Below are positions 1 through 8,554 of a stretch of DNA of 58,712 bases, piece after piece (position 1 is the stretch's first letter; every line of letters begins with the position of its first letter). The translations under genes were made by a program, and so were the position numbers. This DNA is from a virus (lineage: Duplodnaviria > Caudoviricetes), in the IMG/VR virus record IMGVR_UViG_3300046705_000051, positions 1 through 58,712 of that record; one strand, written 5' to 3'. The notes beneath the pieces were generated by a model that saw only the letters and a list, made by a program, of their open reading frames with translations, did not search any database and had not been told where the DNA came from.

Positions 1-1
1 C

Positions 2-127
2 GCCGCGACCGGACAGCTCGTGGCCTCTACCCGTCGCGGCGTGTCCGAGCGGTACGCCGAACGCAAGGGTTCCGAGGCCAGCCTGACGCCCTACATCCGC
101 ATCGCAGCGTTCTACGACCCGTGCGGG
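2..127. repeat. Terminal direct repeat (126 bp, identical to 58587-58712); circular-assembly overlap
   Basis: GCCGCGACCGGACAGCTC...GACCCGTGCGGG is present at both ends; the ORF starting at 58386 reads through the junction to a stop at 199. Confidence 0.95.
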
Positions 128-195
128 ATCGTCCTGCAAATACGTCGGCCCAAGTGGCGTGTCGGTACGGGCTATCGCGCTGCAACGGGTGCGCC

Positions 196-570
196 ATGAC
201 GCAGATCCTGCGCACCACGCGCCTGCTGCCGACCGAGGCCGTGCTGTGGGAAGCATACCAGGGCATCGGCGGCACGGGCGCACCGAGCTACGCAGCGGCT
301 GTCAGTGTGCTCGCGAACGTGGTCCCGTACGACGCGGTGAGCGAGGCCGAGGGTTCCGGTGACCGCTACGTGATTGCGCCGGATGGCACGCGCGAGGTCG
401 TTGCGTTGACGCTGTACATCGTGGGCGATGCGATAAGCGTGCCGAACAAGGGCGACCGAGTCACGTGGTCGGGCGCAACGTACGTCGTGGTCGAGAAGGT
501 GACTGTGTCTGGGCTGCTCTACACGGCAGCCGAGCCGGACCACTTCGAGATCAGGTGCAAAGCCGAATGA
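196..570 (+). CDS. Head closure / head-tail joining protein
   Basis: ATG at 196 overlaps the upstream stop; GDRVTWSGATYVV motif; synteny. Confidence 0.6.
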   Translation: MTQILRTTRLLPTEAVLWEAYQGIGGTGAPSYAAAVSVLANVVPYDAVSEAEGSGDRYVIAPDGTREVVALTLYIVGDAISVPNKGDRVTWSGATYVVVEKVTVSGLLYTAAEPDHFEIRCKAE

Positions 571-977
571 ACGCGCGCATCCGCATCCGCAACGCGGCCG
601 AAGTCGCGCGCAAGATCGAGGCGCTGGCGCGGGCGGGCGGCGACAATTTGGTCAGCGGGATGCGGGTCGTCGGTGAGACGATCATGACCGACGTGAAGGC
701 CAGTCGGCCGGGCTCGGGCGTGCCGGTCGATACCGGAGCACTGCGCGCGAGCGCGCGAGTGGCCGGTCCCGATAGCGGCGGGACGGTGACGCTGTCGTTC
801 GGCGGCGCGGCTGCGCCGTACGGTCTGCGCCAGCATGAGGAACTGAACTACCGCCATCCGGTCGGTGAGGCGCGCTACCTCGTGCGCGGCCTTGAGCGAT
901 TCGAGGCGGGCGGCAAGCCAGAGCAGGCGTTGCGCGAAGTCGCTGAAGCCGCGATCCGAAAGGCGCGGAACGCATGA
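567..977 (+). CDS. HK97 gp10-like neck protein
   Basis: VPVDTGALRAS motif and YGLRQHE...ARYL; ATGA overlap. Confidence 0.8.
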   Translation: MNARIRIRNAAEVARKIEALARAGGDNLVSGMRVVGETIMTDVKASRPGSGVPVDTGALRASARVAGPDSGGTVTLSFGGAAAPYGLRQHEELNYRHPVGEARYLVRGLERFEAGGKPEQALREVAEAAIRKARNA

Positions 978-1411
978 GCCTCGTCGAGGATGTCCAGATG
1001 TTTCTGGCCGGCCGTGCGATCGTCGATATCCCGATGAGTGGCCTGCCGAACGATTGGCCGTCTGTCCAGCGTGTCGTGCATGAGGGATCCGCGCGGCTGG
1101 TCATCATCACCGAGGACGGCGGGTTTGAGCCGGAGACGCCGAGCTTTGCGGGCATTGGCGACAGTGCGATGGAGGAACCGGCCGTGCAGGTCCGGGTGCG
1201 TGGCGCAAAGGGCGAGGGCGTCGAGGCCGAAGCAAAGATGCTGGAGATCCGCGAGGCGCTGCACGGCCGCGTTGGTGAAGCGGTCGGATACACGAACTAC
1301 ATGCGCGTGAAAGCGCAGTCGGGCGTGCTGTACATCGGCATGGACGCAAAGGAACGGCCGGAGTTCACGCTGTCGTTTCGGGCTCGGAAGTCAATCGAAC
1401 TCGTGTCATAG
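974..1411 (+). CDS. Tail terminator protein
   Basis: EEPAVQVRVRG...IGMDAKERPEFTLSF; directly precedes the tail tube gene. Confidence 0.7.
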   Translation: MSLVEDVQMFLAGRAIVDIPMSGLPNDWPSVQRVVHEGSARLVIITEDGGFEPETPSFAGIGDSAMEEPAVQVRVRGAKGEGVEAEAKMLEIREALHGRVGEAVGYTNYMRVKAQSGVLYIGMDAKERPEFTLSFRARKSIELVS

Positions 1412-1429
1412 CACACAGGAGAAACCACA

Positions 1430-1855
1430 ATGGGCGTATTCGCACATGGCACGCAGATGTCGATCGACTCGACCCCCATCGGCGGGCTGCGCCAGATCAG
1501 CTTCCCGACCGAGGAAAAGGCGCTCGTCGAGACGACGGACCACGACTCCGGCGGCGATCGCGAGTACGTGCCGGGCCTGCGCGATGGTGGTACGGTCGAT
1601 CTGGAGTACCTGACGGAGTCGACCGACGATGGCCAGCAAGCTCTATGGGCGAATTACGGGTCGGCGACCAACGCGGTGGCATCGTTCGTCATCACCGTAC
1701 CCGGCAATCCAGATGTCACGTCCGACGAGTTCACGCTGTCGTTTCAGGGCTTCGTGACCTCCCGCGGCGGGTCGCTGCCGTTCGATGAGGTCGCGAGTCA
1801 GACCACGAGCATCAAGATCACGGGTCCGGTGACCCACAGCCTGGTAAGCGTCTGA
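1430..1855 (+). CDS. Tail tube (major tail) protein
   Basis: VETTDHDSGGDREYVPGLRDGG, FQGFVTS, SIKITGPV; AGGAG RBS. Confidence 0.85.
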   Translation: MGVFAHGTQMSIDSTPIGGLRQISFPTEEKALVETTDHDSGGDREYVPGLRDGGTVDLEYLTESTDDGQQALWANYGSATNAVASFVITVPGNPDVTSDEFTLSFQGFVTSRGGSLPFDEVASQTTSIKITGPVTHSLVSV

Positions 1856-2196
1856 TGGCTGCAAGCAAGGCCATACCGATCACGCTGAACGGCGAGGAAC
1901 ACACGCTGCGATTCACGAACCGCGCCATCGTCGAACTTGAGGACCGGTTCGGCATCACGATGGTCGATGCCGGCGAGAAGTTGCAACGCGGCAGCCTCAA
2001 GACAATCGCGGCGCTCGTGTGGGCGGGAATGCTGCACGAGCCGAAGGCGTGGTCGTTCGAGAAGGTGCGCGATGCGATCGACCTGACGGATCTCGAAACG
2101 CCGGCCAAGGCACTAGCGGACGCCATGGTCGCCGCGTTCGGCAAGGCGGAACCGGAATCATCGGAGGGAAATCAGGCGCCCGCCGTCGCTGCCTGA
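1855..2196 (+). CDS. Tail assembly chaperone (gpG-like)
   Basis: LNGEEHTLRFTNRAIVELED; lies between tube and tape measure; slippery site near its 3' end. Confidence 0.85.
   Translation: MAASKAIPITLNGEEHTLRFTNRAIVELEDRFGITMVDAGEKLQRGSLKTIAALVWAGMLHEPKAWSFEKVRDAIDLTDLETPAKALADAMVAAFGKAEPESSEGNQAPAVAA
2166..2172 (+). other. -1 programmed ribosomal frameshift site G GGA AAT
   Basis: X XXY YYZ heptamer in frame with the chaperone; the -1 frame is open to 2537. Confidence 0.85.
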
Positions 2197-2537
2197 CCCG
2201 CACGGAAGCGTGGTCGCAATCGGTGGCGGCGGGCATCCCCGATGACCTGTACTGGCGCAGCACTCCCGTAGAGACCGGGGCATTGCTGACCGCGCTGATC
2301 GAGCGCCAGTCCCGTCAGGAGCATGCTGCGGCGCTCCGGGCGGGACTTGTTGCAGCGGAGATCCGCAACACGATGCGCCAGAAGTCGTCCGACAAGGTGT
2401 GGCAGCCGCACCATTTCGTTCGCGAGAGGAGACCGGTGGATCAGCCACGGATCGTCAGTCGCGAGGAGTTCATCCAGCAAGCGGTCGCGTTCGCTACGGC
2501 GCATAACGCACGACTGCCACGCAGGGCGCGCGCATGA
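2166..2537 (+). CDS. Frameshifted extension of the tail chaperone (gpT-like part)
   Basis: GKSGARR...DLYWRSTPVE...; W-x-x-T-P-x-E motif; stop overlaps the tape measure ATG. Confidence 0.75.
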   Translation, partial: GKSGARRRCLTRTEAWSQSVAAGIPDDLYWRSTPVETGALLTALIERQSRQEHAAALRAGLVAAEIRNTMRQKSSDKVWQPHHFVRERRPVDQPRIVSREEFIQQAVAFATAHNARLPRRARA

Positions 2538-5272
2538 CCGTAGTCGGATCGGCGGTCCTCGAACTGCTGGGCGATTCCGCTCAATTCCGTCGCGAGATGG
2601 ACCGAGCCGCCAGTCGGTTCACCAAGATCGGCGGACAGATGGAGGCCGCAGGGCGCACACTGACGGCCGCGGTCACATTGCCGATTGTCGGGCTCGGCTT
2701 CGCTGTTGGCAAGGCGGCCATCTCGTTCGAGTCGAGTTTCGCCGGCATCCGCAAGACGATGGACCTGACAGAGGCCGAGTTCGGGAAGCTGGCGCAGGCG
2801 AACCGCGACCTTGCGAAAGCCATTCCCGTCAGCGTCAACGAACTGAACCGCATCGGTGAACTCGCCGGCCAGCTCGGTATCCGCGGTGTCGATAACGTCC
2901 TGAAGTTCGAGGACACGATCGCCAAGCTGGCGGTGACGACCGACCTGACCGCCGATGCCGCCGCGCTGTCGTTCGCGCAGATCGCCAACGTCATCGGGCT
3001 GCCACAGGACCAGATCGACCGGCTGGGCTCGGCCGTCGTTGGGCTGGGAAACAACTTCGCCACCGTCGAATCCAGGATCGTTGACTTCACCCAGCGCATC
3101 GCGGGCGCGGGCAAGATTGCGGGGCTGACGGTCGGCGACCTGACCGGCATCGCTACCGGCTTTGCGTCCATGGGCGTCAACGCGGAAGCGGGCGGCACGG
3201 CTGTACAGAAAGTGCTGCTGTCGATGGTGTCGGCCGTCGCACAAGGCGGCGAGGAACTGACGACGTTCGCGGACGTGGCGGGCACCACAGTGGGCGAGTT
3301 TGCCGACCTGTTCCGCCGCGATGCCGGTCAGGCGTTCGCGCGGTTCGTCGAAGGGTTGGGCCGTCAGGGTGACAACGCGATTGCCACGTTGGAAGCTCTG
3401 GGGCTACAGGACCAGCGTCTGATCCGCTCGTTCCTGTCGGCTGCATCGGCCGGCGATCTTCTGTCGCGTGCCATCGCGCAAGGCAATCGCGAGTTTGCCG
3501 ACAACAACGCACTGACTGAGGAGGCCGGGAAACGGTTCGAGACCGCGGCATCGCAACTGACGATATTCTGGAACCGCATCAAGGACGTGTCGATCACGCT
3601 CGGCAATGCGTTGGTCCCGGTCCTGCTGGACGTGGCTGACGCATTCACGCCACTGGTCGAAACTGTGGGCGCGGCCGCGAAGGCATTTGCCGGAATGGGT
3701 GTCGTGCGGGTCACGGCCGTGGCGCTCGCGGGCGTCGCCGCTGCCGTTGGCCCCGCGCTGATCGGGTTCGGGCTCCTGACCAAGGTCGTCGGCCTGACCT
3801 CTACCGCGTTCGGGGTGTTGGTCGGTCAGCAGCTCGTCCAGTTCACCGTCGCCACCGCCCGCGCTTTGCTCTCGGTCCATAGCCTGTCGGCCGCGTTTGC
3901 AATTCTCCGCAGCAGCGCCACGCTGTTTGGCGGCCTCATCTCGCCGGCTGGCGTTATAGTCGCTGGCATCACGGCTGTCATCGGTGTGTTCGCGCTCTGG
4001 CGTCGCGCGACGGCGGACCAGCGGGCCGAACAGGACCAGCTCAATACTACGCTCGACGCGACGAACGTCCTGCTGGACGAACAGCGCGTAGCCGGCATCC
4101 GTGCCATCGAGGCGCGCATCGCGGTGCTCACGACGGAGGCCGAAACGCTGCGTGCGCTCTCGGCGCGATACAAGGAAGGCTCGCGCATCAGCAAGGAGTT
4201 TGCCGAACAGGCGAGTGATGCAGAGCTGGCGATATTCCAGTTGCGCGGCCGGCTCGAGGAATTGCTACGTCCGGTCGAGGCACTGGCCGCGACGAAGCCG
4301 ATTAAGGTGTTGGAGGAAAACCCGGAGATCAAGGCGGCCATCGACGAACTGATCGCATCGTTGCAAACAGCCGCCGTGCTGTCGGACCTGCTGGGCGATT
4401 CGTTCAACCGATCGGAGGCTGAAGCGGATGCATACCGCTCGGCTGTCGAGGCGCTGGTCGAGGCCGGGCTGCAAGCTGCGGACGCGACCGGGTTCCAGAA
4501 CCTTACGCTCCAACAGTTGGCGGCCCGGTACAGCGAGATGCGGGGTCGCCTCGATGACGCAGCACGGACACAGCGCGAGCATACCGAGGCCATGCGTGAC
4601 GCGCAGCAGGCGCTGGCGCGGCAGGCGGCCGCCATCGACGCGATCGTCAACCCGCTGCGCCGACAGAACGAGCAAGTCGCGCTGGCCGTGCAGTTGTGGG
4701 CGCTCGGAATCATCAATCTGACTCGGCTGACGGAGGTCATGAGGGATGCCTACGGCGCGGCGGCCGAGTCAGTTGTGGCCGCGACTGAGCGTATCAGCGA
4801 TAGCCAGCGGCTTTTGTTCAGCGGCTTGGCGAACCTCGCCAGCAGCTTCGCCAGTTTTGCCGCCGATGGCCGCCAGTCGTTCAGCGAGTTTGCCGAGGCC
4901 GTGATCCGCGACATCGCCCGCATGATTGCGCAGTTCCTGGCACTCAAGGCCATCGCGGGGATCCTGACAGCCATCAATCCGGCACTGGGCGCGGGCTTCG
5001 CATCCTTCGCTGGCATCGGTGCGCGCGCCAGCGGCGGCCCAGTCGCGGCCAATCGCCCGTACCTGGTTGGCGAGCGTGGCCCCGAATTGTTCATGCCGCA
5101 GTCGGCGGGCAACATCGTGGCGAATGGCGGCGGGACCATCAGTCTGGACTTGTCAAAGATGCCGCCTGTGCCGACCGGTGGGTCGCCAGAACTCGCCGCA
5201 ACGCATGACTGGTACCGGCGCCTGTTCAGTCACCTGTACCTCGACTACGGCGATCGCGGAGGGTTGCGCTGA
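2534..5272 (+). CDS. Tail tape measure protein
   Basis: 912 aa, Ala-rich and helical; [11 protein letters not shown] and AEAGGTA motifs; C-terminal ASGGPV...[11 protein letters not shown]. Confidence 0.95.
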   Translation: MTVVGSAVLELLGDSAQFRREMDRAASRFTKIGGQMEAAGRTLTAAVTLPIVGLGFAVGKAAISFESSFAGIRKTMDLTEAEFGKLAQANRDLAKAIPVSVNELNRIGELAGQLGIRGVDNVLKFEDTIAKLAVTTDLTADAAALSFAQIANVIGLPQDQIDRLGSAVVGLGNNFATVESRIVDFTQRIAGAGKIAGLTVGDLTGIATGFASMGVNAEAGGTAVQKVLLSMVSAVAQGGEELTTFADVAGTTVGEFADLFRRDAGQAFARFVEGLGRQGDNAIATLEALGLQDQRLIRSFLSAASAGDLLSRAIAQGNREFADNNALTEEAGKRFETAASQLTIFWNRIKDVSITLGNALVPVLLDVADAFTPLVETVGAAAKAFAGMGVVRVTAVALAGVAAAVGPALIGFGLLTKVVGLTSTAFGVLVGQQLVQFTVATARALLSVHSLSAAFAILRSSATLFGGLISPAGVIVAGITAVIGVFALWRRATADQRAEQDQLNTTLDATNVLLDEQRVAGIRAIEARIAVLTTEAETLRALSARYKEGSRISKEFAEQASDAELAIFQLRGRLEELLRPVEALAATKPIKVLEENPEIKAAIDELIASLQTAAVLSDLLGDSFNRSEAEADAYRSAVEALVEAGLQAADATGFQNLTLQQLAARYSEMRGRLDDAARTQREHTEAMRDAQQALARQAAAIDAIVNPLRRQNEQVALAVQLWALGIINLTRLTEVMRDAYGAAAESVVAATERISDSQRLLFSGLANLASSFASFAADGRQSFSEFAEAVIRDIARMIAQFLALKAIAGILTAINPALGAGFASFAGIGARASGGPVAANRPYLVGERGPELFMPQSAGNIVANGGGTISLDLSKMPPVPTGGSPELAATHDWYRRLFSHLYLDYGDRGGLR

Positions 5273-5790
5273 TGGGCACGTTTCCGCAGCCAGTGGTTGT
5301 CGCCGGAGATAACCCGCGCTTGCACTTTCGGGGTCGCCCAACGGCAGTTACCCGGCGAATACGGACCGTCATTGTCGATTCTATCCAGCGTGTGCTTGGG
5401 CGGGCGTGGACCCATGTCGGCGGCAAACGCGGATACATCCTTGCGCCATCTGTCGCAGACCACTATGCCACGGCCGCCGTAACGGTTCCACCGCTTGTTG
5501 CGAGAATTGTAGCAGCGATGAAGCATGCCGCTCCAGATAGGGTAAAGCGGATGGCGCCTGAGCCCGTGCTTAAGGTTCCTGTCCGCCATACGACGGCTAT
5601 GGACCTCGCTGCGGAAGCACCCACAGGATATCGTCTTGCCGTTTCGCAAATCACTGCCGATGACGGTCGACGATTGGCCGCAGTCGCATACGCACCACCA
5701 CGTGGCCTTCCCGTGCGGAGTGTTCTTGCCCCGTCGTTCAACCTCGAGGCGTCCATATCGCCGGCCTGTGAGATCTATCGCGACCGCCAT
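5245..5790 (-). CDS. Phage HNH-type (homing-like) endonuclease inserted antisense in the tail operon
   Basis: [23 protein letters not shown]-x-x-M-x-x-RC, [32 protein letters not shown]; AAAGGA RBS before ATG 5790. Confidence 0.9.
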   Translation of the reverse strand: MAVAIDLTGRRYGRLEVERRGKNTPHGKATWWCVCDCGQSSTVIGSDLRNGKTISCGCFRSEVHSRRMADRNLKHGLRRHPLYPIWSGMLHRCYNSRNKRWNRYGGRGIVVCDRWRKDVSAFAADMGPRPPKHTLDRIDNDGPYSPGNCRWATPKVQARVISGDNHWLRKRAHQRNPPRSP

Positions 5791-5829
5791 CGCTCGTTCC
5801 TTTGTGTGAGTACGCCACGAGTCGTCTGT

Positions 5830-5858
5830 AGTATACCGGCAATGGTACGGGTACGCCA
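5830..5858 (-). promoter_or_regulatory. Putative sigma70 promoter of the HNH gene
   Basis: Minus strand TGGCGT-N17-TATACT. Confidence 0.5.
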
Positions 5859-5882
5859 CTATCGCGACCGGGGCGGGCTCTG

Positions 5883-6335
5883 ATGGCCACCGCCGCGCTG
5901 ACGGTACGCGACGCCACGATCACGTACACGCCGCCCGGTGGCGCGCAGGTCGTGCATCAGCTTGCGATCCCGCTGCTTCAGATCGAGCCGGTCGACCGCA
6001 TGGAACGCCACGACTGGTGGGCGGCGGACCTCGATAACCGTGAGGTCGTGACGGTCGGAGCCGGCGTCTACGAGATCATGGCGACCGTCAGGTTCGAGAA
6101 CGAACCGGCTAATCTCAAGGCGCTCCTGCGAACTGCGCTGCGCGATGATGTCACGCTGTTCTACACGCTCGGATCGACGATCTACCCGCTGCGGCTCGTG
6201 GCCGTTCTGGGTGCGTCCGGCGCCGACGAGACGCCGCTGGCTCCTGACCGCGACCGCTACGGGTTCGGCGAGTGGGAGTGTCGCCTGCACCTTCGACGCA
6301 CTGACGGCTCCACGCTGGACAGCCTGTTCTCATGA
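5883..6335 (+). CDS. Minor tail protein (distal-tail position)
   Basis: First sense gene after the tape measure/HNH; typical codon usage. Confidence 0.55.
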   Translation: MATAALTVRDATITYTPPGGAQVVHQLAIPLLQIEPVDRMERHDWWAADLDNREVVTVGAGVYEIMATVRFENEPANLKALLRTALRDDVTLFYTLGSTIYPLRLVAVLGASGADETPLAPDRDRYGFGEWECRLHLRRTDGSTLDSLFS

Positions 6336-8554
6336 GCCGCGCCATTTCGCGACGGTACCGGATCCGGTTCGCGGAACGGGGCGCAAGCGACATCACGGCC
6401 TCGAACGTCGACTTTGTTCTTGAAGTCCCCGACATGGCGGAAGTGCCGGTCGTCGCCGGGTCGTTCGTGCATCCGCTGGATGGCGCAACCGAGATGCGGC
6501 CGCTGCATGTGCTCGGCGTCGACAAGGCGGGCGGGTTGATTGAGCTGTTCGCGTCGGGCGGCAGATGGACGGCCATCGGCCGGGTGGTCGACATCCAGTA
6601 CCAGCTAACGGACGACGATCCCGTCACGGATCCATGGACGACGTACGGCACAGGTCGCTGTTCGGGGCTGGACGAGATGGAGGGGCCGGGACTGTTCCGC
6701 GTTGAGATCAGCGACGAGACCTGGGTCGTGCGCAACGCGGAACTATTCGCTGAGGCTGACACAACGCAACTCTGGCCAATGGGCGTGCGCTTTCCGTGGC
6801 GCGGGTTCGTGGCTGCGCCGCCCGGCACGGGCACCGATGGTGGCAACACCGTGGGCGACGTGTACCGCATCAATGTGACCGGACCGGGCGGTGGCGCCGT
6901 CGACCGGGGGCTGGTCACCGATGAGTTGATCCGGTTCATCGAAAATGACCTCATCCCGTACGCGCTGCGCACCACGACCGCACCCAACTATCGGACGTTG
7001 CGGCTTCAGTACGGCACGCTGGACTGGGAGATCGTCGGCTTTGTTGGCATGACTGTGGGCAACAACAGCTTCGCGGTCGATGTGTTCTGGCCCGGCGTCC
7101 CCTTCAGCCTCCCGCCCGCGTCTGGCGATGCGTTCCTCTACGCTCCCACGCACGCACCGGCCGACGCGGCTCCGCTACACCTTGGCGTGCAGGACGACTA
7201 TCAGGAATGGGGCTACCCGTTCGACCCGAGTGTCGGCCCGTTCGGATCGGGCGGCTATCTGCATCCGGCCGATCTGACCCGCCGCGTCTGGGAAAAGTTG
7301 GGGGCTCGCTACAACGCCTCGAACCTGGACGCGCTGGAGGCCGACACGTCGTTCCCGTTGCTTGCGCCGTACGTGCTGGAGGTGCCATCCGACCCGCAGA
7401 AGTGGATGCAGGCCGAGGTATGGGGGCCGAACATGCTGCTTGCGCTGCGGGACAGCGAGGGCCGCATGAAACTGGCCGACCTACGTCCACCAGCGGCCAC
7501 GCTCGACCTGAGCACCTTTACATTACTGGCGGACCACAACAGCAAGCTGCATCGGTGGCGGCTCATCAGCCGTGAGGCGATCAACGCGGTTCGTTGGGAA
7601 TGGGCGACGTATACCGACACGGGCGACCCCGATCTGATCTCGCCGCCACCGTTCTTCAACCTGCCGCGGTTCGGTGGCGTTCTATACGGCACACGCGGCG
7701 ACGCCACCGAAGGGCCACGGCTCGACTTTCTCGCGCGACGGCATGACCACTTGGGCCCGCTCGAGGATCCCTACCTCGACTATATCGGTCGTCGCGAGCG
7801 AGCGTTCAGCGCGTACAGCCCACTGGAACCGCTCGACGCAGTATGGCCCGGAAACGTTGGCCGCAATCTGACGGTGGTCTGGACGAGCCGCGGTTGGCTG
7901 TTCGACGACGTCGCGGTTCAGGCGATCACCGGCTTCATTCTGGATACCTACCAGGATGGCCCGATGCGCGGGCGCTGCGAGGTCGGCGCGTCCGTGGCTG
8001 AAACGATCGAGGAGGGCGAGTACATCGTTGTTGACTGTGGATCCGTCAAGATCGCGAATCCGTTCACGGCCGCCCGGTTCGGCAAGGTGCTCGCGCTCAC
8101 GTTGTCGGTTACGCGCTACCCGGCGCACGCGGAGATCGAGTATCTGATTATCCGAGCCGCGCTGTTCTTCCTGTGCCCGGACCCGCTGGACGAAACGACG
8201 TGGCTGCTGAGTCCATTCGATCAGGCCACGACGGTACGTGTCGCGCTGGTCGCACCGGAGCCTGAGTCCGGCGAGGTGTTCAGCTTCCAGATGCGGGTGC
8301 GCAAGAATGCGGCGGGCGGCGACCAGATCAACATGACGGTCGCGCTCACCAGTAACGGCGTAGCGGTCGCGACGTGGTCGGAAACGGACATCTCGGACAC
8401 GTGGACGGTCTACGTGTTCACGCTGGACGCGAGCGAACAGGCTCTGATTGTCGACTGGAGTGCGCTGTTTCTGGACATCACGCGCGGCGGCTCGATTGAC
8501 TCCGACCCGGTGAACTGGCGGCGTCTGGAGATCAGCGAGATAGAGGCGGTCTGA
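6332..8554 (+). CDS. Tail tip / hub-like structural protein
   Basis: 740 aa, translationally coupled; position in the tail module. Confidence 0.55.
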   Translation: MSRAISRRYRIRFAERGASDITASNVDFVLEVPDMAEVPVVAGSFVHPLDGATEMRPLHVLGVDKAGGLIELFASGGRWTAIGRVVDIQYQLTDDDPVTDPWTTYGTGRCSGLDEMEGPGLFRVEISDETWVVRNAELFAEADTTQLWPMGVRFPWRGFVAAPPGTGTDGGNTVGDVYRINVTGPGGGAVDRGLVTDELIRFIENDLIPYALRTTTAPNYRTLRLQYGTLDWEIVGFVGMTVGNNSFAVDVFWPGVPFSLPPASGDAFLYAPTHAPADAAPLHLGVQDDYQEWGYPFDPSVGPFGSGGYLHPADLTRRVWEKLGARYNASNLDALEADTSFPLLAPYVLEVPSDPQKWMQAEVWGPNMLLALRDSEGRMKLADLRPPAATLDLSTFTLLADHNSKLHRWRLISREAINAVRWEWATYTDTGDPDLISPPPFFNLPRFGGVLYGTRGDATEGPRLDFLARRHDHLGPLEDPYLDYIGRRERAFSAYSPLEPLDAVWPGNVGRNLTVVWTSRGWLFDDVAVQAITGFILDTYQDGPMRGRCEVGASVAETIEEGEYIVVDCGSVKIANPFTAARFGKVLALTLSVTRYPAHAEIEYLIIRAALFFLCPDPLDETTWLLSPFDQATTVRVALVAPEPESGEVFSFQMRVRKNAAGGDQINMTVALTSNGVAVATWSETDISDTWTVYVFTLDASEQALIVDWSALFLDITRGGSIDSDPVNWRRLEISEIEAV

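Noticed and set aside
1-127. Physical terminal repeat of the virion DNA
   Set aside because: It falls mid-gene and its length is close to a common assembler k-mer size (127), so it is most simply a circularisation overlap. Base 1 (C) differs from 58586 (G).
5272-5883. 203-aa + strand ORF as a functional tail protein
   Set aside because: It is the exact antisense register of the clear HNH gene and is not protein-like; kept only as a possible coupling bridge.
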